Assembly: GCA_964449995.1 (NCBI GenBank)
Contig: CAYVBW010000001.1
Location: 1,618 to 65,617 of the forward strand
DNA length: 64,000 nucleotides
Direction: 5' to 3'
DNA from: an uncultured Pseudomonadales bacterium
GTDB lineage: Bacteria; Patescibacteriota; Microgenomatia; UBA1400; PJMF01
The notes under the pieces are model-generated. The model did no database searches and was not told the DNA's origin. It worked only from the letters and a program-made list of their open reading frames with translations. Positions 48,828 to 59,047 of the stretch are shown here, in pieces. The position numbers were made by a program, and so were the translations under genes. Numbering within the stretch: the first letter of the stretch is position 1; every line of letters begins with the position of its first letter.

Positions 48828-48955
48828 TGGGCTGGTCTGAAATAGATAAATTCAATAAAACACCCATATATCAATAAATTTGATAAATAAATTGTTGCAA
48901 ACTTTTTTGAAATTTATGTTGAAAAGTTTTATCAAACAAAGAAAAAAACAAAGGC

Positions 48956-49675
48956 TTAAGACTGCCCTTCTCCGCTTTTTTCTAATACAGGTTTGTCTTT
49001 AGTCTCCTGCTCAACCCCTTCTACTTCAGGAGCCCCTTCATCTTCCACAGACTCTTCACCTACCTCTTCTTCTCCAATGACCTCTGTTTCTATTGGTTCC
49101 TCTGGTTCCTCGGGTTCTTCTTCAACCTCTTGGACCAAAACCACGGGCGCTTCTAGACCCTCATCTCCAACCACAATTTCTATTTTAGAGCTATCATAAT
49201 CCAAATCAGCCAGAGTTATAGCTTGACCTATTTCACTGAGCTCTTCCACATTAACAACAAACTTCTCTGGTAAATCCGTAGGCAAAGCCCTGACCTCAAT
49301 CTCATCTCTTACAGTGACCAAAACTGCTTCTGGAAGTTCAAATTCACCCTCTATTTCTACAGGAATTTCTGCCAAAACTTTTTCAGTCAAGTCAACCACT
49401 TGAAAGGTAGCGTGAATTGGTAAGTCAGTAACGGGGTTGGTCTGCACCTCTTCAATCATAACAGGCACCTCACCCTTGCCATTAACCTTTAGGTAAGCAA
49501 CATTTGACTCCCCTATCTCATCAAATAACTTAATAAATTCAAATAAATCCAAAGATATGGCCCTAGATGGCTTGTGAGCTTCAAACAAGTTTCCTGGCAA
49601 AACATTATTAAGCCTCATTTGATTTAGATTTTCTGACAAATCTCTTTTTTTGGCAGCGATTGTGTGTTTTGACAT
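48956..49675 (-). CDS. rplY: 50S ribosomal protein L25 / general stress protein Ctc form with acidic C-terminal tail
   Basis: N-terminal L25 beta-barrel domain (IAAKKRDLSENLNQMR...LPGNLF) + Ctc extension and poly-E tail. Confidence 0.75.
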   Translation of the reverse strand: MSKHTIAAKKRDLSENLNQMRLNNVLPGNLFEAHKPSRAISLDLFEFIKLFDEIGESNVAYLKVNGKGEVPVMIEEVQTNPVTDLPIHATFQVVDLTEKVLAEIPVEIEGEFELPEAVLVTVRDEIEVRALPTDLPEKFVVNVEELSEIGQAITLADLDYDSSKIEIVVGDEGLEAPVVLVQEVEEEPEEPEEPIETEVIGEEEVGEESVEDEGAPEVEGVEQETKDKPVLEKSGEGQS

Positions 49676-50081
49676 AATAAAATATTTTTTTTCTAAACTT
49701 AATTTTTTTTAAAAAAATTTCAGCTACCAATATAGGTAGCAGGCTTGCTATCCCCCATCCACATTATTAAACAACCAACAAACAGCGACAACTCAGAGTA
49801 TAAAACTTTAACAAGAGCAATATTATATCAAAAGATTTAAACGAGGGTAGTCTTTGTTTTTTTTTTATAAACAAAGCGGAGACGCTCTGTCTGCAAACCA
49901 AAAATGGGATTAAGCAAACACTATTTTTAAACGTGAAATATTTTTAATTTATTATTAAAAAAACCTATTTTAAAAGCTTATTTAACCATTGCCCATTTTT
50001 TATTTGACCAACCCTTTTGATCTAGTTAGCACCTATAAAATCTTAAGCCTAAATCTGATTTAAAAAGTTGCCCCTTAATTT

Positions 50082-53000
50082 TTATAGATGATGCTCTTCA
50101 AATCCAATAATAATAAAGCTGCTACCCACATCGCTAGTTATTACTACCTGATTTTGATTCACTTCTGCTTGGGGAGAAACAACTTTTGCCTCCCAGTCAT
50201 GAGGAAACTTTAGGCTAATTACCGTAGGTCTCTGTTTTAAACCAGCTTGCAATTGATCATAAAAGAAATAGGCACCCCCCGGCTTTAATTCATGAGGGAC
50301 AGAGTAGTAAAATAACAAATCTAAGCTTTCCATTGGCCCAACTTCAAGCACAGTTGCATAAACCTTTCTATTGTGATCAATATAAGAAACTATTTTATCC
50401 TCTGTTAACAACTCCCCATCTACAAGTAGCTGCTCAAGCTCTGCCTCTGGGTTTACAAAAAATCTTAAGTAAAATCTATAAGAACCAAGTGGCCAAGTGC
50501 TAGATCTAGCCTTATTAGTAAACTTTATTTGACGTTGATGGATTATTTGTTCTTCTTGTATCTCTATTTTGTGCGACACGCTTTGGTTTATATAGGGATT
50601 GATTTTGTTTACTCCAATATTTGCCTCTACTTGAAAAGAGTGATCAACATGACAAGATTCACCAAACCCGCCCGGACAATCCGGATGAGAGATCCTTCCA
50701 GACCAATTTAGTTGATCCATAACTGCTCCAGCCCCCAGATCGTTCAGATAAATCAAAGACTGTTGATTTTTAAACGATGAATAAAGAGTTTCAAGTAGCT
50801 GGACAACTTGTTCGTCACTCAAAGATCCTAATTGGTTAAGGATGCTTTTGAGCAAACCAACCTGAAATGCGCCAGCCCTCTCTTGGTCCCCTTCTTCCAA
50901 AAGAATTAATTCCAGCCTATTGTATAAATTCCAGGCATCAACAGTCTCAGTATACCCATCAACTTCAATTTCTCCGATTACCACTAAAACATCCCTGATT
51001 AAGCCATAATTAACTCCCAATATCCCATCTACGGGTTGACCCAGAGCTTCATTCGCAAACCACGATATTTTTTGTGATGTTAACTGAAAATCGGGATCCC
51101 AGTTAACATCCCTAAAATACAGGCTGTCTTCTCCTAAAAACGAAGCAACCTCTGCAGGAGCAGCAATTCTACCAAAAACACGACCATCAACTTCGTTGGT
51201 GCTTAAAAATTGAGTCTCTAGCACTTTCCCGTTTTCTATTTGAATCATGGCAATTGCCTGAACAAATCCTCCCGTTGGCCTCAGCTCTCGGTCGTCCTGT
51301 AGTAAAATATAAAAGGTTTGTTTTTGTTCAAACCCCAATAAACTCATTAATAGTGGGTTTAATTGCTGCGAAGCTGAATTCTTTGACCTAATATCTTTCA
51401 GCTCAAAACGGGCTCTGGCAAGATTATTTTGTAAATCATTTTCAAAAACATTATCTGTTATGTTATCCAGCTCAGCCTGTAGAAGAGAGGCCTTTTCAAA
51501 TATGGATTTATCCACAGAATCCTTTTTTTTCAACAACTCCTCCATGGAAAAACCCTCAATATCCCGATCTTTGCTTGCAAAGAAATTTTTAAAAACTTGT
51601 ACCGACATTTGTTGTGAACTAAGCATTTCATCATGAAGAGATAATACATGATCATTAATACGGTTTAGTGTCAGGCTTTTTTCTATCAAATAGATGTCTA
51701 AAAACTTATCTAACAATAGTGCTTTGGTTTTTAAACCATGAGTTTTCTTAAAGTCTCCAGATCGACCTTCAATTAAGAGGTTTAGATTGTTGGCCAAAAT
51801 TTGCTGTGATTGTCTAAAGCTTAAGGACAACAAGCCCAAAAAAACAAAAAATATTATCCCCAGTAAAAAAAGACAAGCCCCCGCAATAAAAACCACCTGT
51901 TTGCGCTTACTTTTGGTTTTGATTCTTCCAATTATCTTGGCTTTCGAAGATCTTCTTTGAACTTTTTGCTTAGTTCTACTCTTTGTAAACAACTTATTGA
52001 TTTGATTGTTAATTGAGTTTGGGGGTAGGCTAGAAAAATTTTCTTGATCCCCTTCTTTGTAGTGATTTGCGTTATCACCCCCCTCACCTCGAGATATGTT
52101 GGTCGCGGAATCCTTCTGCTTTTGAATAAAATGTCCCCTATTATTTGACTGCTGATCTTGTTTTGCCTGAAATTCCTGTAGGACAGCCTTATTGTTTGAC
52201 AAGTCATGGTTTAAAAAGCCACCATCTATTACCTGTTCGGCCCCTACCTGATTTGTTTTGTTGGCTTGGGGTAAAAAGTTGACAGTTTTTAACTGAGGTT
52301 GGTTGTCTAACAACTCTTTTATTAACACTGGATCTAATCCCAGTTTCTTATTTGGCAAAACACCACACAAGTTTTCAAAAAAATTTCCCGGAAGTTCTCC
52401 TGCCACAACTCTGACCAAATCTTGTTTTTTTTCTAAACGAGTCAAGGAATTGGTATTTAATCTTATTATTTCTAAATTTTTAGAATAATAAGACTGATAC
52501 ATCAATCTTATTTTTTCACAAACGTCACTTGTTATAATCGACTTGCCTCGTACCACAAAATTCTTTTTCTCAGGACGTAAAATCTCCTTTTTTATTGTAT
52601 TAAAAAAATTCTCATCAAGTTGTAAATAAATCTTTAAGCCAAAATCAATTAAATAACCATTTGGGATAGCCTCCACTATATTTTTTAAAGGATATAAAAG
52701 AGGTTCCTCAAGACTAATTGAGTCTTGGGCTATTAATAGCTTTTTGTGTTTAGAATTTATATATAGGTAGTTGAGCAATTCGTCTTCGTTTTTACATTGA
52801 TAATTCCACTCGCTAAAAAGGGGAGAGGAACTATCAATCTTGCTAGAAATTTTAAACAAATATACTTGTGAAATTTTATAATCGTCTAAAAGATCTGATA
52901 GTTTTTTATAAAACTCAATACTTTTTTTATCTCGAATTTCTAAGGGATTTATTATTACAACTACCTTGTAGGGCTGCTGTTCATTTAAAATTGTCAGCAA

Positions 53001-53156
53001 ACGATCAAGCCTATTTTCTTGAGGGATCAACTGCTCCATAATCCCAACCCGCTCATTTTGAAAATGAGACCTAACTAGCTCTGTCAAAATACTATTATTA
53101 GCAATGATTAGGGCTGTTGGATCCTGGTAAAAAACTTCCAATTGCGTTGAGGGCAT
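50082..53156 (-). CDS. large (1024 aa) single-pass membrane protein: ~420-aa cytoplasmic N-domain, TM, ~570-aa extracytoplasmic domain (DUF4012-like?)
   Basis: TM helix VVFIAGACLFLLGIIFFVFLGLLSLSF; extracellular region with RPTGGFVQAIAMIQIENGKV segment; no catalytic motif recognised. Confidence 0.45.
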   Translation of the reverse strand: MPSTQLEVFYQDPTALIIANNSILTELVRSHFQNERVGIMEQLIPQENRLDRLLTILNEQQPYKVVVIINPLEIRDKKSIEFYKKLSDLLDDYKISQVYLFKISSKIDSSSPLFSEWNYQCKNEDELLNYLYINSKHKKLLIAQDSISLEEPLLYPLKNIVEAIPNGYLIDFGLKIYLQLDENFFNTIKKEILRPEKKNFVVRGKSIITSDVCEKIRLMYQSYYSKNLEIIRLNTNSLTRLEKKQDLVRVVAGELPGNFFENLCGVLPNKKLGLDPVLIKELLDNQPQLKTVNFLPQANKTNQVGAEQVIDGGFLNHDLSNNKAVLQEFQAKQDQQSNNRGHFIQKQKDSATNISRGEGGDNANHYKEGDQENFSSLPPNSINNQINKLFTKSRTKQKVQRRSSKAKIIGRIKTKSKRKQVVFIAGACLFLLGIIFFVFLGLLSLSFRQSQQILANNLNLLIEGRSGDFKKTHGLKTKALLLDKFLDIYLIEKSLTLNRINDHVLSLHDEMLSSQQMSVQVFKNFFASKDRDIEGFSMEELLKKKDSVDKSIFEKASLLQAELDNITDNVFENDLQNNLARARFELKDIRSKNSASQQLNPLLMSLLGFEQKQTFYILLQDDRELRPTGGFVQAIAMIQIENGKVLETQFLSTNEVDGRVFGRIAAPAEVASFLGEDSLYFRDVNWDPDFQLTSQKISWFANEALGQPVDGILGVNYGLIRDVLVVIGEIEVDGYTETVDAWNLYNRLELILLEEGDQERAGAFQVGLLKSILNQLGSLSDEQVVQLLETLYSSFKNQQSLIYLNDLGAGAVMDQLNWSGRISHPDCPGGFGESCHVDHSFQVEANIGVNKINPYINQSVSHKIEIQEEQIIHQRQIKFTNKARSSTWPLGSYRFYLRFFVNPEAELEQLLVDGELLTEDKIVSYIDHNRKVYATVLEVGPMESLDLLFYYSVPHELKPGGAYFFYDQLQAGLKQRPTVISLKFPHDWEAKVVSPQAEVNQNQVVITSDVGSSFIIIGFEEHHL

Positions 53157-53289
53157 GGCTTTTTTAGTTAAAAACTAATATCAATAACTAGTCAATAGTA
53201 TAGAGCAGAGAACAAAATCAATTAAGTCTTAATTTTAAGAGTCTTTGGGAATCGGGCAAAAAAATAAAATAAATAGAAAAAAGAGGAGT

Positions 53290-53370
53290 GAGGAAGGGGG
53301 ATCTCCCCAAAACCTCCATTCTAATTTGTTCATTCCACCAAACAAGACAGGTTGGTGAATATTTGGTCAG
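53290..53370 (+). repeat. copy E (3' fragment) of multi-hairpin repeat family
   Basis: GGGGGATCTCCCC..CCTCCATTCTAATTTGTTCATTCCACCAAACAAGACAGG parallels GGGGGAATCCCCC..CCCCCATTCTGATTTGTTCCTCCTACTAAACGGAACAAGCTG of copy B. Confidence 0.5.
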
Positions 53371-53393
53371 GACAAAACTTAAGTCTTTAGCCT

Positions 53394-53861
53394 CTATGTG
53401 CCTAAGTCAATTACCTGAGTAGCTAACCAATCTGCTTCTTGGTTCAAAGATCTCTCCACGTGTAAAAATTTAAAAGGCATATCGAGCGTCTTTAAAGAGC
53501 TGCGGACTTTCTCTGCCAGCTTCAACATTCTGGATTCTTTAATCTTCCACTCTCCATTCATTTGTTTAACAACCAACATAGAATCCATTTTAAAAACAAC
53601 CTCACAACTTCCTAACTCGTCATTTTTGGCGTTTCTTTTTTTAAACTGAAGCAGGAACCTAACAGCTGCCAAAAGAGCCAAATACTCAGCTTCATTGTTT
53701 GTTTTGTTTCCCAAAAATATGGAGATAAATTGAGGCTCGCCCAATCCAGAAACATGAACTCCAGCACCAGATGGACCCGGATTTCCCCTTGAAGCTCCAT
53801 CTGTATGAATAATGATTTTATTATTGCTCATTTTAAAGTTGCTACACGTTTTACTGCTCAA
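53394..53861 (-). CDS. rnhA: ribonuclease HI
   Basis: IIIHTDGASRGNPGPSGAGV with DEDD-type catalytic Asp/Glu positions. Confidence 0.85.
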   Translation of the reverse strand: MSSKTCSNFKMSNNKIIIHTDGASRGNPGPSGAGVHVSGLGEPQFISIFLGNKTNNEAEYLALLAAVRFLLQFKKRNAKNDELGSCEVVFKMDSMLVVKQMNGEWKIKESRMLKLAEKVRSSLKTLDMPFKFLHVERSLNQEADWLATQVIDLGT

Positions 53862-54363
53862 AATCCTCCCTCTTATCAGATCTTTGTTTCAGCTCGCCGG
53901 GAACATCTTTAGCAAAACAAATAGTTAGCCATCGCTGCAAACCGACTGTCGTGGAATAAGTAGCAAGGCTTGACAACTCCTTGTCTTGACTAACCGTTGA
54001 ATGGACTAGATACCTCTCATATGAGTTTAGCCGTCTATAAACCTTTTCTTGTTTGGTGTTTAAAACCTGTAGAGCTGCCTTTTTTATATCCTCAACAAAC
54101 TGCTTTTCTTTTTCTTCGAGTTGATTATTTATGTCAAGAATTACTTTTTTTTCATCTTCTTTTTTATTGAAGGTAATTCTAATTAAGTGCTGAAGTGACT
54201 GAATTCCTTGCCCCTGCGACCCTATTAAACAATTTGCAATGTCTTTAGGAACAACTAAATTAACTCTAGTTCTTTGTTCCTGGTCCTCTAAATTAATTTC
54301 AACTTGACTCTCGTCATATCCTAAAAATTTAAAGGTTTTAACTAAATATTCCTGAATTGTCAT
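53851..54363 (-). CDS. jag: Jag/KhpB-family RNA-binding protein (KH + R3H domains)
   Basis: Conserved position downstream of yidC; R3H-like LNSYERYLVHSTVS...SSLATYS. Confidence 0.7.
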   Translation of the reverse strand: MTIQEYLVKTFKFLGYDESQVEINLEDQEQRTRVNLVVPKDIANCLIGSQGQGIQSLQHLIRITFNKKEDEKKVILDINNQLEEKEKQFVEDIKKAALQVLNTKQEKVYRRLNSYERYLVHSTVSQDKELSSLATYSTTVGLQRWLTICFAKDVPGELKQRSDKREDFEQ

Positions 54364-55109
54364 ATACCTAATTTTAATTTAGCTCTTTTTAAATATAAAG
54401 AAATTCCACCCCATCCAGAAACGAAATATTGCTGAACTATCCCAAAAAGGTTTGCAACCACCCAATAAACTGCAAGCCCTGATGGAAAACGAGAAGCAAT
54501 AAAACCTGTCATAAGTGGCATGATATAAATCATTTGCTGCTGCATGTTTTTTGCCATATCAGCCATTTCCTCTTCTTTTACATTTTCTTGTTGTATTTTT
54601 TTGCTTTTAGCTTTATTTGGTACTATATCTCTCACCTCAGATCCAGGAGATATCATGAGAGACATAAGAAGTTGAGAGACTCCTGCCAAAACCGGAAGGA
54701 CAAAGGTGCTGTCGGGCACTGTTAAATCTAACCATAAAAATTCAGTGCTTATAACCACTCCATCTATAACTCCATTTTCTAAAAAAGAGTTAAGTGAGCG
54801 ATATAATCCTATTAGAATCACAACCATAACAATTTGAGGTAAACAACCCGAAAGAGGGTTGATATTATATTTTTGATAAAGCTCCGCCTGTGCTTTTTTT
54901 AATTCTTTGGGATTATTTTTGAATTTCTTTTTTAACTTATCAATTTCTGGCCTAACCTTTTCCATTTTTTCCCTCGCCTTCAAGCTGGGCAAAGAGAAGG
55001 GGAGTAACAATGCTCTGATTAATAAAGTCATAACAACGATAGATACCCCCAAGTTCCCAAATACAGAATATAGAGATGACAAGAGTATTGTAAAAAAATT
55101 TTCTAGCAT
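54360..55109 (-). CDS. yidC: membrane protein insertase YidC (short form)
   Basis: LLPFSLPSLKAREKMEKVRPEIDKLKKKFKNNPKELKKAQAELYQKYNINPLSGCLPQIV typical YidC/Oxa1 core; 5 TM. Confidence 0.85.
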   Translation of the reverse strand: MLENFFTILLSSLYSVFGNLGVSIVVMTLLIRALLLPFSLPSLKAREKMEKVRPEIDKLKKKFKNNPKELKKAQAELYQKYNINPLSGCLPQIVMVVILIGLYRSLNSFLENGVIDGVVISTEFLWLDLTVPDSTFVLPVLAGVSQLLMSLMISPGSEVRDIVPNKAKSKKIQQENVKEEEMADMAKNMQQQMIYIMPLMTGFIASRFPSGLAVYWVVANLFGIVQQYFVSGWGGISLYLKRAKLKLGI

Positions 55110-55140
55110 TGGTTGCGAGTCTTTAAAAAAACTACACTAG

Positions 55141-55326
55141 TTAATAACACTTTAATATTCTTTTAATCCCTTTTACACCCCCTTTTAAAAACCCGCTCTG
55201 TCTTATTTCTTCCGTAGTATACTGACTACAAGAAGGGGAGTGTTTACAGTAAGTAGTAAAGCCAAATACCGAAACAAACAAGCTGTGTTTAAAAATCCTA
55301 GCTAAATCATAAATTTTTTTGATCAT
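55141..55326 (-). CDS. yidD: membrane protein insertion efficiency factor YidD
   Basis: Cys-rich core TYCKHSPSCSQY equivalent to YidD CxxxPSCSxY. Confidence 0.8.
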   Translation of the reverse strand: MIKKIYDLARIFKHSLFVSVFGFTTYCKHSPSCSQYTTEEIRQSGFLKGGVKGIKRILKCY

Positions 55327-55381
55327 TTTTTATGTTCTTAGTTTTTTTTAATTGTGAAGTGTGTTGTCTAAGTGTTTAAAT

Positions 55382-55717
55382 CTACTTAGTGTTTAAAAGG
55401 CTATCTAGTTGAGTGATAAAGTCAAACTCTTCTTTTTTATCTAATACAAATTCTTTTTTTTTAACCAGCACAAGCAGGTCTGCTGGTCGTCTCGATATAT
55501 TATGTCCTCTAATTAAATTAAAGATATCTCTCCTTATTTTATTTCTATAAACAGCTGACTTAACTGCCTTTGTAGGAACTACAACCGCCGCCTTAAAAAT
55601 TTTTTTGTTTTTTTTGTTGTAGTAAATATCTAGACCATTGGTAAAATTGGTTTTATATTTAAAAATTTCTCGACCTAGCTTTGTTTTTAAATTAAGCCTA
55701 TTTTTTTTAGGCAACAT
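55382..55717 (-). CDS. rnpA: ribonuclease P protein component
   Basis: Basic 111-aa protein (LPKKNRL...RNKIRR) directly downstream of rpmH. Confidence 0.8.
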   Translation of the reverse strand: MLPKKNRLNLKTKLGREIFKYKTNFTNGLDIYYNKKNKKIFKAAVVVPTKAVKSAVYRNKIRRDIFNLIRGHNISRRPADLLVLVKKKEFVLDKKEEFDFITQLDSLLNTK

Positions 55718-55721
55718 TTTA

Positions 55722-55874
55722 TTATTTATATCTTCTATTACTAGCTTTGCTCAATTTTTCCCTTTTTTTAGCTCTTCTTCTTACTAAAATGGAAAATTTT
55801 TTTGCCTGTCTGGTTAAAAACCCGTGTTTTCTTGATCTTTTTTTTGATTTTGGTTGATATGTTCTTTTGGGCAT
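55722..55874 (-). CDS. rpmH: 50S ribosomal protein L34 (50 aa; MPKRTYQPKSKKRSRKHGFLTRQAKKFSILVRRRAKKREKLSKASNRRYK)
   Basis: Hand-translated ORF below ORF-track cutoff; MPKRTYQP...HGF...RR.AKGR signature of L34. Confidence 0.8.
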   Translation of the reverse strand: MPKRTYQPKSKKRSRKHGFLTRQAKKFSILVRRRAKKREKLSKASNRRYK

Positions 55875-56052
55875 CTCTTCCTTGATTCTCTTTTAAATTA
55901 TTAATACTAATTATCTTTTTTATATTTTAAATTTTTAAGAAGTTTTGAATTATAACCAATTTGCTTATTTTGAACCAGGGTTATTTTGTTGTTTTTCAAA
56001 AAAAAACTCAACCACAATTATTGAAACTTTACTAAACAAGTTTAATGTCGCT

Positions 56053-57171
56053 TTAATTATTTACTCTAAAAGGCATGACAATATAAGTAAAATTATCTTT
56101 ATTTTTTATGTTAAAAGAAGCTGGTTTTAACTGCTCATTCATGCAAAACACAACCTCTTTAGGATTGGTGTTATTTAAAAAATCTAATAAATAGCGAATA
56201 TCAAAAGCAATTTCCTTATCCAACTCATCATCCATCTGTGAAAGCGTTAAAATTTCTCCGCTGTATTCTCCGTATGATGGTGAATTGGAAGAGATTAGTA
56301 GTTTATTTTCCCTAAGTTCAAATTTAACAATATTAGACGATTCTCTAGCTAAAATAAAAGCCCTTTGCAGCTCTTCTTTGAGAATTTCTCCGTCAATTTC
56401 GACTTGTGTTTCAAAATTTTCGGGAATTATTTTTTTATAAGGTGGATACTCTCCTTCAATCAATCTAACGAATATTTCATTTTGATCAACCTCTATTTTG
56501 ATCTGCTTTAACTCCTCATCCACCTGTATTTTGATTACGTCCACATCACTCTGATCTACAATTCTACAAACTTCTTCAAAAGATTTTATTGGAATCAATA
56601 GCCTTTTTTTTACTTGAGATTCTAGATGTGGATATTTTAAAACCGATAACCTAAACCCATCCGTTGTAGCAACTTCTAAACCGCTTTTATTAAAATCAAA
56701 CATAATTGTGGTGAGAATTGGCCTGACTTGATCCAAACTAGCCGCATATCCAGTCATTTCCAGCACTTCTTTTAAAACACTTGTTGGAATTTCAATTTTG
56801 GGACCTGAAACTTTTGGAAATTCGGGATATTCCGATGGCTCTTGAGCTGGTATTTTAACCCTACTACTACCAGACTCTAACTCTATTGCCTCTTTTTTTA
56901 TGTTTATAAATACTTCTTCATCGCTAAAAGAGTTAATCAAATCTTTCAACATTAATCCAGGAATTACTAGAGAGGCTTTGTGTTTATTATTTTTGAGTTC
57001 AGACTTTGTTTTTATACCTAAATATAAGTCTGTGGCGGCTAAAGTTAAATTATTTTTGTCAACATTAATTAGAACAGAGCTTAAAATGGGTAGCTGAGGA
57101 TTACTAGGAATAGATTTCTGAACATTTTTGATAGCTTTTTTTAAACTTAAAAGATTAAACTCTATTTTCAT
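56053..57171 (-). CDS. dnaN: DNA polymerase III beta sliding clamp
   Basis: 372 aa, three-domain beta-clamp length, immediately downstream of dnaA. Confidence 0.85.
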   Translation of the reverse strand: MKIEFNLLSLKKAIKNVQKSIPSNPQLPILSSVLINVDKNNLTLAATDLYLGIKTKSELKNNKHKASLVIPGLMLKDLINSFSDEEVFINIKKEAIELESGSSRVKIPAQEPSEYPEFPKVSGPKIEIPTSVLKEVLEMTGYAASLDQVRPILTTIMFDFNKSGLEVATTDGFRLSVLKYPHLESQVKKRLLIPIKSFEEVCRIVDQSDVDVIKIQVDEELKQIKIEVDQNEIFVRLIEGEYPPYKKIIPENFETQVEIDGEILKEELQRAFILARESSNIVKFELRENKLLISSNSPSYGEYSGEILTLSQMDDELDKEIAFDIRYLLDFLNNTNPKEVVFCMNEQLKPASFNIKNKDNFTYIVMPFRVNN

Positions 57172-57514
57172 AATTCATTTATAACTATATGTAATTTATT
57201 TGATGAGTTTGTTTAGTATAGCTTATTTATTTTTTTTATTATTAACAATCTGTTTTTAGTTTATATTTAAATTTAAGTAGTAATAGTAGTAATAGGGTAT
57301 GTGGAAAGGTGTATAAAATCGAATCTTTCTCAAGCAGTTGATTTATTTTGCATGTGATTAATTAGTCTTAAGTTGTTAGTAATGCTGTACATAATTCCTT
57401 AATTAAAGAGAGGATAAGTTTATAAAATTAACATTTAGAAATATTTTTAAAGATTTTATCCATATCTTTTTAACACACTTTTCCACTTTTGTGGAAAAGT
57501 TAGAATTAAGAGTC
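57172..57514. promoter_or_regulatory. candidate oriC segment (dnaA-dnaN intergenic): AT-rich DUE plus DnaA-box-like 9-mers
   Basis: TGTGGAAAG 57300-57308; TTATCCATA 57456-57464; perfect palindrome CTTTTCCAC-TTTT-GTGGAAAAG 57478-57499 (two inverted TTTTCCAC[A/T] boxes); 57181-57300 >85% AT. Confidence 0.6.
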
Positions 57515-59047
57515 TCAACTTGATAACTTTAAGAGTTCTGACTTTATTTGATTGTAATCCTGATATACAAGCTCATCTTCTTCAAGTAATTCCTTAATTT
57601 TTTTTCTAGCGTGCATTACAGAGGTATGATCTCTGTTGGAGAACCACCTACCAATTTCTACGTAAGATAAATTTAAATTTTCTTTTAATAAAAACATTGC
57701 TAAATGTCTGGGGTAGACAACTTCTTTATGTCTCGCTTTCCCTTTTATTTCTGATTGTTTTATTTCAAAATGATCGCAGATTTTTTTAATAACCCTTTGG
57801 GGTTTGAGTCTAATTTTGTTATTTTTATGATTTAGTTTTTCTTTTGAGATAATATTACTAATAAGCTCTTCGCTAATCTCTCTATCTTTGAGCTCCACCT
57901 CAGACCTTATTTTGGAAATCACTCCTTCAATTTTTCTAGCACCATCAACACTTTGAGCAATCATTTCAGCTAACTTTATAGGTAGTGCAAGGTTTGATGC
58001 TCTGGATTTTATTAATACTATCGCTGTTTTAAGTTCTAAGGAGGGCTGTTGAATATCTATCATTAATCCCGCCTCAAATCTGGATTTTAATCTATCCTCC
58101 ATTAAATTTATAGCGCTTGGAGGTCTATCAGAAGTGAGTATGATTTGAGACGAATATTTGGTAAGGGAGTTGAAGGTGTGAAAAAATTCCTCTTGGACAG
58201 CGTTTTTCCCAGCAATAAATTGAACATCGTCAATCAAGAGCACCTGAGCGCTTCTAAATTTTTTTTTGAACTTAATTGCTTTTTTATTACGAATTGCATC
58301 AATAATTTCATTAGTGAATTCCTCGCCCGTACAATAAATTATGTTTTTTTGAGGATTTTGGGTGAGAATAAAATTACCAATAGCATGCATCAGGTGAGTT
58401 TTACCAACACCAACCCCTCCATAGAAAAACAAAGGGTTGTATGCCTCTCCAGGTTTTTTGGCGACAGCAGTGGCTGCTGCATGAGCCATTTCGTTACTAC
58501 CAGATACAGCAAAGGTTTTAAAAGTATAGTCTAGTCTTAGTCCAGCTCTTCTAATTGCGTTAAGAGTTCTATCTTGCTGGGTGGCTTCAATGTTGTGTTC
58601 TGAAAAAAGCTCCTCAACCCGAATGGAACCAACTGAGTCGTTTTGGCTATCGTTGAATGAGTCGTTGTTGGTAAAAAATCCGCTGATTTTTTGCAACCCC
58701 CCATTGGAGCCTTTTTTTTGCTTTTTAAAATCATTTTGTTTTTGTTGAGCGGCTATTTCAGAGGGATCTAAAATTTTAAATTCTAACACTACTTTTTTGT
58801 GAATGGCTCCCTCTATTGCTAGTTTGAGTTGTGTGTAAAGATTCTTTTTTAAATTGGTGGCATGAAAAGCGCTGGGTGTGGAAATTGTACAAATCGCTTT
58901 AGTGGATCCATTAATCTCTATTTTAGTTAAGGGATTAGATAACACCCAGGTGTTAAATGCTGCGGGAGAAAGCTGAAGCTTGAGTTCTTTTTTTGCTTTG
59001 TCCCATATTGACCTAACTTCTTCTGGATTAAGATTTTGGGTATCCAT
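57515..59047 (-). CDS. dnaA: chromosomal replication initiator DnaA
   Basis: Walker A GGVGVGKTHLMHAIG, sensor/box VII, C-terminal DNA-binding domain (HTSVMHA); 510 aa. Confidence 0.95.
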   Translation of the reverse strand: MDTQNLNPEEVRSIWDKAKKELKLQLSPAAFNTWVLSNPLTKIEINGSTKAICTISTPSAFHATNLKKNLYTQLKLAIEGAIHKKVVLEFKILDPSEIAAQQKQNDFKKQKKGSNGGLQKISGFFTNNDSFNDSQNDSVGSIRVEELFSEHNIEATQQDRTLNAIRRAGLRLDYTFKTFAVSGSNEMAHAAATAVAKKPGEAYNPLFFYGGVGVGKTHLMHAIGNFILTQNPQKNIIYCTGEEFTNEIIDAIRNKKAIKFKKKFRSAQVLLIDDVQFIAGKNAVQEEFFHTFNSLTKYSSQIILTSDRPPSAINLMEDRLKSRFEAGLMIDIQQPSLELKTAIVLIKSRASNLALPIKLAEMIAQSVDGARKIEGVISKIRSEVELKDREISEELISNIISKEKLNHKNNKIRLKPQRVIKKICDHFEIKQSEIKGKARHKEVVYPRHLAMFLLKENLNLSYVEIGRWFSNRDHTSVMHARKKIKELLEEDELVYQDYNQIKSELLKLSS

